Assembly: GCA_965603825.1 (NCBI GenBank) | Contig: CBFDEM010000048.1 | Span: 124,001-188,000, forward strand | Length of the DNA: 64,000 nt | Direction of reading: 5' to 3' | Source of the DNA: Blepharisma stoltei ATCC 30299 | Lineage: Eukaryota; Protista; Ciliophora | Shown: positions 1 to 12,402 of the stretch, one piece after another | How positions within the stretch are numbered: the stretch's first letter is position 1 | Layout of the letters: each line of letters starts with the position of its first letter | Made by a program: the position numbers and the translations under genes | The notes under the pieces: generated by a model | What the model saw: only the letters and a program-made list of their open reading frames with translations | Told to the model about the DNA's origin: nothing | Databases searched by the model: none

Positions 1-1
1 A

Positions 2-535
2 ACATATTGCAGAAAAACATATGAGATGACCAGTGAGATTTTGAAGGAAATGAGAGGACAAATAAAGAGGTATAGAGAGATTGGAGGGAAAAAGAAGAGT
101 TTTGAAGGGGGAAAGACTTGGTGGGCAAATCAAACTTCGCCATTGCCAAGCAAGCTATATGATGGCAATGAAAGTATAACAGCTTCGCCAAGAATATGCC
201 GCTTAGAGATAGAAAAGCCAAAAAATGCAAGGATTGTGGGATTTGAGGAGAAAATGATACAGATGAAATCAGAATGGACTGAGACTGCTGATTTGGATAA
301 GCCAAAAATTGTTGCGTTGAGACCTAAGACACCAAGTTTACATCAAAAAAGAAAGGGTAGAATTAAAAAACAAAGGTCTCTTTCAAGCACTCCTAATCAG
401 AAGAAAAAGGAAACAGCTCATTTGATATATCATAAGCATAGACTAATAAAAAGAAGACTTTCTTCAGACATCACTCAAGAAGGAATTTTTGATATATCAG
501 AAATTTTGAATATAACAAATGGGAAAATTAAATAG
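2..535 (+). CDS. 3' part of a hypothetical Lys/Ser-rich protein (runs off the window start)
   Basis: Frame is open from position 2 to TAG at 533-535; no recognisable domain. Confidence 0.6.
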   Translation, partial: TYCRKTYEMTSEILKEMRGQIKRYREIGGKKKSFEGGKTWWANQTSPLPSKLYDGNESITASPRICRLEIEKPKNARIVGFEEKMIQMKSEWTETADLDKPKIVALRPKTPSLHQKRKGRIKKQRSLSSTPNQKKKETAHLIYHKHRLIKRRLSSDITQEGIFDISEILNITNGKIK

Positions 536-663
536 CCTATGTAGTCCTATATTATGAGTCAAAATTAACTGCTGCCATACTAATAATATTTTTAAGACAA
601 TTCTTATCTAAGCAATGCTATTATTGATCTAATATTAAGAGAATGCACAATCAAAAAACTTAA

Positions 664-1437
664 CTAGTACAAGCTCTCTCTTTTTTGAATAATATATTCA
701 ATATAAGGCTCCATTGGGTTTTTCATATCTGAAAGCTTTATATCTTTAATTTTCTGTCCTTTATTCGGCTCTCTAGAATATCCCCTTTCACTATTTTTCA
801 CAGCACTTGTTTTCTTTACAAACTTTTTCATGTCTTCTTTAATTAAATCTCCTTTAGATTGATATTTCAATGAAGAACTTAACGGCCTGATTTTGCTTTC
901 TGACACCAAGTATGAAACTACATTGGAGTTGATGATTTTTCTTTTAAACCTTTCTGACTTATCTTCGAGCTCTATAGAAACTAGTCTTGGAGATGAAATT
1001 TTGGCTTTAGGGATCAAAAGAGATGAAACTGAAGCTGAGAAAAAGTCCTTTTTTGGCATGTCTAAAGAATATGTACATTTGTTAGGGATCTCTGATACCT
1101 GTGCTCAAACCCTTTCAGAAATCGGAGCTACAAGGTGCCTTTGGAATGAATCCCTATTGCTGAGGAAAATTGGGTTTAAAATGTTGCTTGAATTATGACG
1201 AATCAGCTTTTGAGTTGGGCTGAATTTTCGCTTTATAGGAGGTGAGGAGTCTGAATTCGGCATTGATTTTCTGTGAGTTTTCTGTTTTTCTTGATGAAGG
1301 CTAGAATAAAGCTTAGACAAATCACTAGGTGCTGACGACTTCCAGAAGAGCTTGGCTTTTTGTTCTGGTTTTTCTGAAAGGACTCTTGTTGCAGATTTAG
1401 AATCATTAGAAAAGCGAGAGTGCAAAATAGTGCTCAT
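664..1437 (-). CDS. Hypothetical Ser/Lys-rich protein, 257 aa
   Basis: ORFs 1105..1437 and 664..1059 are in one frame, joined by TGA(Trp) at 1105-1107 with no TAA/TAG between. Confidence 0.7.
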
Positions 1438-1530
1438 TATTTATATGACTCCATGTAGATTTATATGAGGAATAAAAAGCTGAGATAAAGAAAATTTGCT
1501 CGATTATTTGATGGAAAATGAAATTTTAAT

Positions 1531-2667
1531 ATGTTAGGACCTCCATTATGAAAACAAGAACAAGTGAAAGCGTTAAAAGAAAAACTCGCTAACGAAGTAC
1601 GAAACCATAAGCGTGAGCTTAAAAGAATCAAAGAAATCCGTGCTTTAGAGTCAACAAAACGCCGAGAAAGCTTAGAAAGATTATCAGAACTAGAAAGCTC
1701 TTTTGCAGAAATGAAGTCAAAAAGAGACTCCTCATTTTCCTCTACATCTCAAGCTCCAGCTGAGCAAATTCCTTCATTTAGATCTAAAACTACCTCTCCA
1801 TCTCCTATTTATAAAAAGCCTATTGATGACTACTCAATATCTACTCCATATACAGAGCTATCCAAGTCAAACTCCCCATATAAAATCCACCTAGAGCGCG
1901 TCATGCATTTACAAAATCAAGCCAAAAAAATCCTTCTCAAAGAGCGTGACCCTTCTTCAGTTTTGACCAAAATCCATGAAGAGCCAGAACTTAATGCAAA
2001 TCTTCTGAAAAAAATTGGCGAAGTGACAGTCCCTTTGAGATACCCAGTTTATGTTCCTGAGTCCACAATTCGAAAAGCCCAAGGACTTCCACCTCCTATT
2101 GTGAATAAAGTTACAAAAACTGGGGAAGTTTTTCCTGTCCATATTGTAGGCGACCCATCACCTGCTTATGATCCTTTGATTAAAGTGGAAACGACGCTGA
2201 AGAAAGTAAATAACAGCGATCCACAAAAAGGAAAATACAGGATGGACGGAAATGAATCAATTGAGGCTAAAGCATACACCCAATTTAATTTTTCTGAAGA
2301 TTCTGATGAATATTGGGTCGCTTATTGGAAAAAGAAAGAAAAAATAAAGCAAATTGGAAAATCGGCTGATATGGATATCCCGACTGGAGAAATGACACAA
2401 GTTCCTAAATTTAAAGAAGCCAGAGCGGTAACTCCTAAAGGGAAATACTATAATTGGACGTTTAGAGAGCTAGCGAAAGAAGAAAGAGAAATTAAGCCAA
2501 AGAGAAAATGGGTAAGGGATAGGATGGATATATATTATGATAAAAGGGTAAAAAAAGATTTTTTACCGACTGTTAGTGATAAGAAAAGTTTAGAAATAAA
2601 AATGATAAAAGAGCTGGAGGAAATTAAAAAACCTAGAAGCTTCACAAGGGTAAAGATTGGATTTTAA
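1531..2667 (+). CDS. Hypothetical coiled-coil/low-complexity protein, 378 aa
   Basis: ATG at 1531 (MLGPPL-TGA-KQEQV) is in frame with the 1564 ORF once TGA=Trp. Confidence 0.7.
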
Positions 2668-4094
2668 TTATTCTGTATAATATAGATTAACAAAAAAATG
2701 GAATATCTTTGGATTTCCTCATTTTTTACATTCATAATAAAATGTCATTAATGAGCAAAAAATAGATATGGAGAATTATTAGTAAAATTGGGTACAAAAT
2801 AAGCTTTTGCTGTTAAAATTATTATTACTTATAGATAATTAGATAAATTTTATATTAATGCAAGCTTTAAAATAATATATAGTGCAGAATCATTAAATAA
2901 TGAACTATAATAAAAATCAAATAGTTTAGGCACATTTTATTTTAATATAAAGTAAATTTTTTTAAATAAAAAAGTTTTTAATAATTAATATATATAATTT
3001 TTCTAATTAAAAATGTTAGATAGTTATAATAAATTTTTATTTAACCCAAGCTGAATTTAAATTAATATATTTATAAACCCAATCTTTTCTTATTGAGAAT
3101 CAAAATTTGACAATTTATCTTTTTTTCCTCTTTGATACAAACGAGCCAAATTTATTAATTTAAAAGAAAAAAAAGATATTTATATTGGAGATATTATAGA
3201 TGAACAGGAAATGCAGAGATGAAGGAGAAATAATTATATCATTTATAACAAAAGTCTTTATAATATTGATACTATTATATATATTAAGATAAATAATTAA
3301 AATTTCTATAAGCCAATTAGTATGAGGTTATAAATAAGAATAATAGCATAACTTATCTTGAATAATGACTGACATACTCTATTGAAATTTGCAACATATA
3401 TTTATTTAAAGATGAGTTTTAATATTATCATTCTATTTAAAAGCCTAGATTGAGTATGCAAGAGTTTGAATACATGGAAAAGCACTAAGACTACCTTGAT
3501 TACTTGCGATGTTTGGTGAAAATACATACACTTTTTAATTCATGAAAAATAGCTCTAAAATATGGAAAGCGTGCTGCTTTAATGAGAAGGGGATTCAGCG
3601 TGCCCAAAAAGCTTGGTAGGTTTATGCGTGTAACTAGCACACTATATGCATATTCTTCGTTAAATTGGTAAATTATACAATTATGAGTGTTGTTTTTAGA
3701 CTCTGTGAAGCTCTATATATTTGCATACTTGCATTTAAATAGATCTAAAATTGGTAGTTAGTTATAATGTTCATAATTCTTATAAAGTTTGAATTATATT
3801 CCATCCTGCATTGGTCGATGCTGTAATATGAGTAAGATAAATAAATTTGTCAATAAATATTACGCTCGTGAAATCATAAAATCTGATTAAAGCATATTTA
3901 AGGCTTGTCAGCATTTCCTATGCAAATGTTATCTCGATTACTATATAGCTAAATATATTGAAATTTGATTTAAAATAAAGCATATATAAACACTTTAATC
4001 AGATTTTCACTTATAAAGCAATAAATTAAAAAATTTCGATAATATCTTTTATTGCTCAAAAATGCATTTTAAAAGTTTGTATGTATGAATGAGG

Positions 4095-4455
4095 AAAAAA
4101 TAGATATCATGAATTAATGATATAATTTTTATATGTAGTTAAATTGATTTTCCAATCAAAATAGCTAAATAAGCAATTAAAGGATTAATGAGCTGGAATA
4201 TCCGTATATATCTTTTGATTAATTAAGAAAAGCCTGTACTTTTTTCTGATTTACAAAAATGGATATCATGAACTAATGATATATTTTAATAAGAAAATTA
4301 AATTGGATGATAATTAAAATACGCTAATAATAAATAAACGAGCTGAGAAATCTAATTATTTTGCTATATGAAAGAAAACTTTTAATTTTTTCCTATGAAG
4401 AAAAGATGGATAAAATGAATTAAAGAGAATTTTAACCATTTTGAAAATTCTAAAA
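4095..4455 (+). repeat. Degenerate AT-rich tandem repeat (~150-160 bp period), copy 1 of a dispersed repeat
   Basis: GATATCATGAA(T/C)TAATGATA recurs near 4103 and 4262, with a decayed third unit near 4408; 4224-4455 aligns by eye to 7742-7982. Confidence 0.6.
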
Positions 4456-5319
4456 TTTATTTGATTGCTGATAGCTGGTAATGTAAATATAATAATTGTA
4501 ATCAAAATTATTAATTAAATCTGTATTTAATGAAGCAATCAAAAATATAAAAACACTCTAAATTATAACTCTAAACTTTTATTAGTTTTTCGAAAAAATT
4601 TGTATTATTTGAGATATAATTATAGAAATAGAAATTATAGAAGAAAATATCTTTTATTTGCTCACAAGTGTGCTTAGGGTGAATAGCGACTATAATGAGA
4701 AAAAAGATATGATGGTCTATGATACCATTTTTAAGCAGCAAATTATTTAATATTAGAAATAAGCTAATAAAATAAATATAACTAGTAGATAAGAGATCTA
4801 ATACCTAGGAAAAACTTTTACTTTTTGCCTAGTAATAAAATATACATATTATTTTTGAAATTTCTAAAATAATTGATAAAATTATACACTTAAAATTTTA
4901 GCTCTATTTAAAGAGCTTATAATTTTTTCAGAAAGTATAAAGATAGTAAAATTAATCAAATTAATAGATAAATAGATACACCAACTAATTATTTTCCTAT
5001 TTTAATGTTAATCACAGCATTATAGATCTGTGCTTTACTCATTGCTTTGCTAGCGAAAAAGTCATTTTAAAATTAAAATAATTAACCCATGAAAGCTTTT
5101 TTTTGTTTTAATTAAAGAAGGAACAAGAAGACTTAAGCAAAGCATTTAAATACTATATTTATTTATCATATAGTTAGAAAGGTATTTCTCAAGGGCTCAA
5201 GTTTCTATGATAGTTTTAATAGTTCATCCTCTAAAAGAATGCATTATTATATCATATAATTATAAATCATAATAATGTTCTCAAATTTTATTTACCACAA
5301 AGGACTATCTAATTTTATC

Positions 5320-6975
5320 TTAAAATTCTGCATGCCCAGGCCACCGAGGAAATGGAATTGTGTCGCGAATATTTTCAACTCCTGTGACCATCATAATTAG
5401 CCTTTCAAACCCTAATCCAAACCCTGCATGTGGGACTGATCCAAATTTCCTTAAGTCTCTGTACCACCAATATTTTTCTTTATCTAAATTTTTGAACTCT
5501 AAATTCTTATCCAGCTGCTCAAGCCTGTCTTCTCTAGCGCTTCCCCCTATAACTTCTCCTATTTTTGGTACCAAAATATCCATTGCTTGCACAGTTTTGT
5601 CATCATCATTAGCCTTCATATAAAACGCTTTGAGGACTTTAGGATAATTGCACACTATGACGGGCCCTTTTATTATTTCTTCAGATATATATCTTTCATG
5701 CTCTGAGTTTAGGTCATCCCCTCAGTTTGGAATAATTTTAAACTGTTTTTTGCTTTTCTGTATTATATTGATAGCGTCTGTATACGAAATCCTTTCAAAC
5801 GGCCTTTCTATAACGTTTCTCAATCTTAGAATCAGCCCTTTTTCAACAAATTTATCAAAAAATTCTAAATCCCCCGCACAATTTTCTAAAGCATATTTTA
5901 TGCAAAATTTCAAATAGCTTTCAGAGCACTCAATATTTTCTTCAAGCCCAGCCCATGCCATTTCAGGCTCAATCATTCAAAATTCTGCCAAATGTCTTGT
6001 AGTATGAGAATTTTCTGCCCTAAATGTTGGTCCAAATGTATATACATCAGACAATGCACAACAATAAGTTTCTACATTAAGTTGTCCTGAGCACGTAAGA
6101 AAAGCTGGTTTTCCGAAAAAATCTTCAGAGTTGCCTTCTTTTTTCTCAGATGAGAGCTTAAAAAGCTCTCCCGCACCTTCACAGTCGCTAGCAGTGATGA
6201 TCGGGGTTTGGATATAAAGGAATCCTCTTGAATTAAAAAATGAATGTGTAGCAAAAGCTAAAGCGTTCCTCACTCGGGAGACGGCACCAATTAAATTGGT
6301 TCTTGATCTTAAATGAGCTTTTTCTCTTAAAAATTCAGGTGTATGAGTTTTCTTGGAAATTGGGTACTCTGACTGGTCGCAGTCTCCAATAATAGAAAAT
6401 GAATGCTTCTCTGGGTCTTCTATTTGAATTTCAACACTTTGGCCTTTTCCTGGGCTTTTTATTACTAAACCTTTGCAGGAAACTGAAATTCCAGTCCCTT
6501 TGAGTTTATTGAAATCTGGGAAAGAACTATTGACGACAACTTGTATCCCTTTGACGGAAGAGCCATCATTTACTTCAATAAATGCAAATGATCCACCGCC
6601 TTGGACTCTAACTGTTCTTGCTCAGCCTTTAATGGTAATAATTTGTCCAATCAAATCTGAATGATTTAATACATAGTCTACCCTATATCTACCTCCTGTG
6701 CCTGTAGGTACAATAAACTGCTTATTCATTTTTAGAAGATCTGGCTTAGATTCCAATTTAGATTGTGTTGATTCTTCCAATGTTGAAAATTGTCTAGATA
6801 ATTGAGATTTTATAAATGATGGGGTTAATTTTTTTCTTAGATGCTTGATTTCAGGATCAATATGATCTTTGGAAATGTTGATTATGTCTCCCTTTACTTC
6901 TTTTTTGACACCTCCTTTATCAATTTTTGGACCACGGGTGAGTTTAAAGAAATTCAGAGTTGCTCTGCGAAGCAT
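5320..6975 (-). CDS. asnS: Asparaginyl-tRNA synthetase, 551 aa, with N-terminal presequence-like extension
   Basis: Four ORF-track fragments in one frame joined by TGA at 6622, 5977, 5722; motifs [18 protein letters not shown](W)MIEPE and [12 protein letters not shown]; OB-fold 'G(W)ARTVR'. Confidence 0.95.
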
Positions 6976-7741
6976 TTTTTGTAATTTATATAATTCAAGA
7001 GAAAAATAATGAAAGTTTTGAGCGTTGTGGTATCGAATCTATGCATTGAAAACTGTATTTTTGTTTGTGTGTTTGTAAGGAATATGCAGAGTTAAGAATT
7101 CAAGTGCTTGAATATTATAAGCATACTTTTTATTGAGGGATTTGCATAAGATAGTAATTTTTTGCTACCTTTAAGAGCATGGACTTTACATCGCCAGTTA
7201 GAAATTATTAGTGCTTTTCATAGAAATTATCTACAGCAGCAGGATGAAGAGAAACTAAGGAAAAATGAGACTTTTTAATTTCGAAGCACCTATTAAAAGA
7301 TTCCATAATATGAATTTGCCAGCACATAGAGAAAAGTTGGAAAAATTTAGTAGGTCTATTTGAGATTCGATTAATTATTCCTCTCTGCTTAATAGTTTGA
7401 TAAATAACCTATTATATAAATTTTACCTTTTTTAAATATGAGTATTGATTTATTATATAATTATTTAATATATTATTTTACTCAAAATGTTGAAACTTTC
7501 ATACTTTATTTATAAATTATGAAAGATAAGAGACTTAGGTGCATCGAATACAATTAGATGAGATTATTTATATAGAAATTTTTTAATATCTTTTTTTTCT
7601 CATGGATGCATTATAATTATATGATGGCCTGAATGAGGAGAAAAAGATTTGAGTATTAATATAATTTTTAGAGCAGAAATTCCCTTTAATAATTGTTTCT
7701 TAATAGATTGTTTAAATATCTATAATGTTTTTATTTTTGCA

Positions 7742-7982
7742 TAAGAAAAGCTTTCCTTTTTTCTGACTTAAAAAAAAGGATATCATGAACTATGATATAA
7801 TTTTATAAATAGATAAGTTGATTTATAATTGCAATAAAATAATTAATAAGCATGATGAATTGATTAGCTAAGAAAATCTTCTTATTATTTATTATATGAA
7901 AGAAAATTTTTAATTTTTTCAATTTTAAAAATATGGATAAATGAATTAAGGAAAACTTGTAATATTTTTGAAAATTCTAAAA
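7742..7982 (+). repeat. Dispersed AT-rich repeat, copy 2
   Basis: Shares TAAGAAAAGC..TTTTTTCTGA..GGATATCATGAACTA..TATATGAAAGAAAA..TTGAAAATTCTAAAA with 4224-4455. Confidence 0.6.
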
Positions 7983-8396
7983 TAATAAATCAATTATATC
8001 TAAAACATAATTCTAACTTTAGTTGTGCTTAAAAAGAAGCATAAAGTCATTTAAAAAAACAAATAAAAAGATTTGCAAATCGATAAATTTATCACTTAAA
8101 TGAGGCAAAATTACTTCTCACAAAATTGTTATATTTTATCCCTAGTATAACGTTCCAAATATAGATTTCAAAGTCTTGCTTATAATTAAGTGCTTACCTA
8201 GGAAAAAATTTTGTTTATCTTTTAATTATAAACAATTTTTACTCTCATAAAGAAAGGAATCAGAATGATAAAGCAATAATAATTTTCTGTCAGTTTTTCA
8301 AAATAGATTGCAAATACCTTATGATTTCTCCTGAAAGGTACTTGTAAGTCTTAGATATTATATTTATCTCAGATATGGTAATAATTAAAGCCTGAT

Positions 8397-8771
8397 ATGG
8401 GTCGAGTAAGAACAAAAACAGTCAAAAAAGCTGCAAGAGCGATTGTTGAAAAGTTTTACGCAAGAATGACTGCCGATTTCCACATAAATAAAAGGATTTG
8501 TGATGAATTCGCCGTAATTCAAACCAAAGGACTGAGAAATAAAATTGCAGGCTATGCCACACATCTTATGAAAAGAATCCAAAAGGGTCCCGTAAGAGGA
8601 ATTTCGCTAAAGATACAAGAGGAAGAAAGAGAAAAGAAGCTTGATTATATTCCAGAGCGTTCAATTGTGAGCACAAAGGAAATCAGAGTGGATGCAGCCA
8701 CACTTGAGCTGCTGAAAGCTTTAGATTTAGCTGAACTTCCCAATATTAAGGTGGAAGAGCCAAAGCAATAA
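8397..8771 (+). CDS. RPS17: 40S ribosomal protein S17 (eS17)
   Basis: [14 protein letters not shown]...[34 protein letters not shown] signature. Confidence 0.97.
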   Translation: MGRVRTKTVKKAARAIVEKFYARMTADFHINKRICDEFAVIQTKGLRNKIAGYATHLMKRIQKGPVRGISLKIQEEEREKKLDYIPERSIVSTKEIRVDAATLELLKALDLAELPNIKVEEPKQ

Positions 8772-8981
8772 TAAAATTGAAAGATCTTTGAAAATAAAAT
8801 AGTTTTATGCTGAGGAGTATCTTTTCATCTAAGATTTCAATTAACTAAAGAAAATTTGTTAGAGATTCCCAAAACTTATTTAATTTCACTTTCCTATAGG
8901 GTCAAAATAGAGAATTATAAAAATAAAAATATCAATATTAATTATAATTATAAATAATTTGTTCAAGAAATTATATTACAA

Positions 8982-10223
8982 ATGAGCCAAATACCGCCTT
9001 CAGCCCCTTCTCAAGAGCAACATAGTATACCTCAACCAAGCAACCCTTTCTTAAACCCTTTTATTCCACACTCTCTTCCGAGATCCTTCACTGAGATTGA
9101 TTCAAAAGGTATCTCTGATAAAGGACCTGCAAGAATATTAGAGCTTCCAAGAGCAGCTCCATCATCTTTCCAGCCTTCTGCAAACGCGTCTAATCCTTTT
9201 CTTCCACCTCCAGCCAACTCTTCTAACTCTGGAATTACTGATCCATCATCTAATCCGATACAACAAGCGAGCCTAATATCAAAATCATCGCAAATAATTT
9301 TAAAAAAAGAAAGTACACAAGTTCAATTTCAAAATACTAACCCGACTGAAAATCAAGCAAAAAATTCTATAGAACTAAACTGCCCTATTTGCTATGAAAA
9401 ATATGGGGCTACCAGCAATATTCCTAAAGTTCTATATTGTGGCCATTCTGTATGTGAACAATGCTTGAACAAAATCCGCTTAGAAGCAAATAAAATAATT
9501 TGTCCATTTTGCTCATGCCGAGAAAGACGCCATTTTGCTGCAATTCCTATTAACTATGCTTTATTTGGGATAATTGGAGAGAATAAGCCGCTTTATGTTT
9601 GCAAAGATCATCAAAAAGAAATTGGCTTGCTTTGCAAAGATGATTATAGGCTACTTTGTATTAGCTGCATGGTAGAACACAATAAACATGAAGTTGTACT
9701 TTTAGATGACCCATTCGTTTTAGAATTAGCAGATAAGAAAAAGCAAGAAATCGAGCAGCTGAAATTTGAAATTCAAGGAAAGCTTAAGTATTGTGTAGAG
9801 GTTTTTGCAAAACTTGAAGAAGATCATAAGCGTATTGCAACTCCGCTAAAGAATAATTTAAATCTGCTTGAGAGGACTAGGAATAAATTATTTAATCTTA
9901 TTGAAAAAGCTTCAAGAAAGGTGATAGAAGAAAAAAATAAGAATGGAAATGAGGCATTGATAAGAAATAATGTGTTAAGAGACACTTATATTGCATCAAA
10001 AAACAAATACTTAAAAAGATTTGAAAAAATTAGTGAACTATCTGAGGAATTTGGTAAGTTATCAATTGCCCAACAAATCAATAGCGAAATGGAAATATAT
10101 AAAGAAGAGTTTGCCATGCCTAGAACAGAAGATATTGAGGAATTTGAAGTAGAATTAATGGAGCCTGTTGATTACGAAGCAGAAATTTTAAAAAACTTCA
10201 CTGAATTGCTAAAAATTAATTAA
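8982..10223 (+). CDS. RING + B-box + coiled-coil (TRIM-like) E3 ligase
   Basis: CPIC..CGHSVCEQC..CPFC RING, CKDH..C..D..LCISC..HNKH B-box, then coiled coil. Confidence 0.85.
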   Translation: MSQIPPSAPSQEQHSIPQPSNPFLNPFIPHSLPRSFTEIDSKGISDKGPARILELPRAAPSSFQPSANASNPFLPPPANSSNSGITDPSSNPIQQASLISKSSQIILKKESTQVQFQNTNPTENQAKNSIELNCPICYEKYGATSNIPKVLYCGHSVCEQCLNKIRLEANKIICPFCSCRERRHFAAIPINYALFGIIGENKPLYVCKDHQKEIGLLCKDDYRLLCISCMVEHNKHEVVLLDDPFVLELADKKKQEIEQLKFEIQGKLKYCVEVFAKLEEDHKRIATPLKNNLNLLERTRNKLFNLIEKASRKVIEEKNKNGNEALIRNNVLRDTYIASKNKYLKRFEKISELSEEFGKLSIAQQINSEMEIYKEEFAMPRTEDIEEFEVELMEPVDYEAEILKNFTELLKIN

Positions 10224-10332
10224 CTTAATGAAAAGTTTCTTTTCGATGTATTTATCAACATTATAAATCTATCAAACTTTTTTACAGTTTTCTGCCTAAT
10301 ATTATGCACTCGCCAGAAAAATTTACTTAAAT

Positions 10333-11721
10333 ATGGACCCATTATCTGATCCCTTAGGCGATCGTTTCATGAAAGATGTGAAACCTCCAATTCACAGGCC
10401 AATTTCCCACGAATTGCTTTTCCCATCAGACGGGAACGGAAAGCCTTCATATAAAGCCCTGAAATCTCATTTCCAAAGAGAAGGCCGCATTGCGAAGACA
10501 GATGCTCTTCAGCTGATCGACATCGCTACCAATATATTCAGATCAGAAGAAAACCTACTATTCCTTCAAGATCCCGTCACTATTGTCGGAGACATACACG
10601 GACAACTATACGATATGTTTAAGATGTTTGAAATTGGTGGAAACCCAGAGAACACAAAATACCTGTTTCTCGGCGATTACGTAGATCGTGGAGTTTATTC
10701 AATAGAAGTTGTTTTTCTACTGTATGCGATCAAAATAAATTTCCCACAGACTTTTTATATGATCAGAGGAAATCATGAATGCCGCCAGATGACGACCTAT
10801 TTCAACTTCAGGACTGAGTGCATTTATAAGTATGATATAGAGGTATATGATAGGATAATGGAAAGCTTTGACTGTATTCCGATCTCTTGCTTAATAAATC
10901 GGAAGTTTTTAGCATTACATGGAGGTATTTCGCCAGAGCTTAGGACAATTGAAGACTTGACAAGACTCAATAGGTTTGTGGAGCCTCCAAAGCAAGGACT
11001 TTATTGTGATATTTTGTGATCAGACCCAGTAGACACCCCAGATGGAAGATTACCTGAAGGGTGGAGGAAAAACGAAGTAAGAGGATGCAGTTTTTATTTT
11101 GGAAACGATGTAATGAACAATTTTTTGAAGCGAAATGATTTAATTTCAGTAATCCGAGGCCATGAGGCTCAGCCTGATGGCTTTAAAATGCATAGGTGAA
11201 ACGGAAATAACGAGTTCCCAGCAGTAATTACCATTTTTTCTGCACCTAATTATTGTGATTCTTACAACAATAAAGGAGCAATAATTAAATTTGACAACAA
11301 TACCCTGAATATTCAGCAATATAACTATAATCAGCATCCTTATATGCTGCCAAACTTTATGGATGTTTTCACGTGGAGTGTACCTTTTATCCTTGCAAAA
11401 GTGGTTGATATTTTTTCAGTCATTTTGAAAAATCAGCAAGGGGAAATGGTCATAATAGACGAAAAATCAACAACGAGGTTCCAGGAGCTTGAGGATTCGG
11501 TTTCTGAGCAAAAAATTGGAAATAATAAAAATAAAAAATCAGTCGCAGAAATCATGAGGCTGTTTCAAGCTTTGAGAGAAGGAATCAAGCCTGATTCAAT
11601 AGAAAACTTCAGAGGATATAGAAGTCAAGCACCGTTGAGTATTATAGTGAGAGAGAAAACGGAGTTAGAAAGCTTAATTGAGTTGTTCGCTCAAGCAAGA
11701 GCTTTAGAAATGAGAAGCTAA
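10333..11721 (+). CDS. CNA: Calcineurin A (PP2B catalytic subunit), 462 aa
   Basis: GDIHG, GDYVDRG, RGNHE, CDIL(W)SDP, SAPNY, HPYMLPNFMDVFTWSVPF; TGA(Trp) at 11017 and 11197. Confidence 0.93.
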
Positions 11722-12402
11722 AAAAATTAAATGAAATTAAAATTTATGATAATTTATTATCTGAAAATTTAAAGCACGGCAGCTGGATAGAAATTTGAAT
11801 TATCCTTTAGTAAGATAATTGGTGAGAAATAATATAAAGTAAAGGGTTTATGCAAATAATTTTTTTAATATTTTAACACTAAATTAGAGTGTCTAAGATG
11901 ATATTAAAATATAAAGGTCTAGCTGAAAGTAGTTCTTTTAGAGATAGCTGTGCTTCTTTAGTTTTACCTTTTTTGCACATTAACCCTCCTCTAGACTAAG
12001 CTGCTTCTAATATATTAGATCATCATGCTCAAATTGCTCCTTGAACTTCGGCCAAGATTGGTTCTATCCGGCGCTGGCTCTACGTGTACCTTCTTTTGCA
12101 GCCTTTATAGAGTTTTATAAGAAGGATGCTTATTGGTAAACACCTGAAAAAAGTTATATAAAAATAACTACTTTGATAAATATTTAGCATTCTAATCGCT
12201 ATGCGATTAAAAGGCTAAATCAATAGGTTTAAAGGCATTATGAGCTAGAAAAAAATTTCTGAAGCAATCAGATGAATCTTTTGATCCACTAAGGAAGCAT
12301 TGACTTTCTTTATACATTGGATAGCCTAGTGTTAAACGCTAAAACTTTGCAAAACAAAAAAAATTAAAAAAGGGCAAATTATTATACTTTTCTTTATGAT
12401 AG

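Noticed and set aside
11930-12150. GC-richer patch between calcineurin and the receptor gene
   Set aside because: No sustained open frame or clear structure; at most an unidentifiable pseudogene relic.
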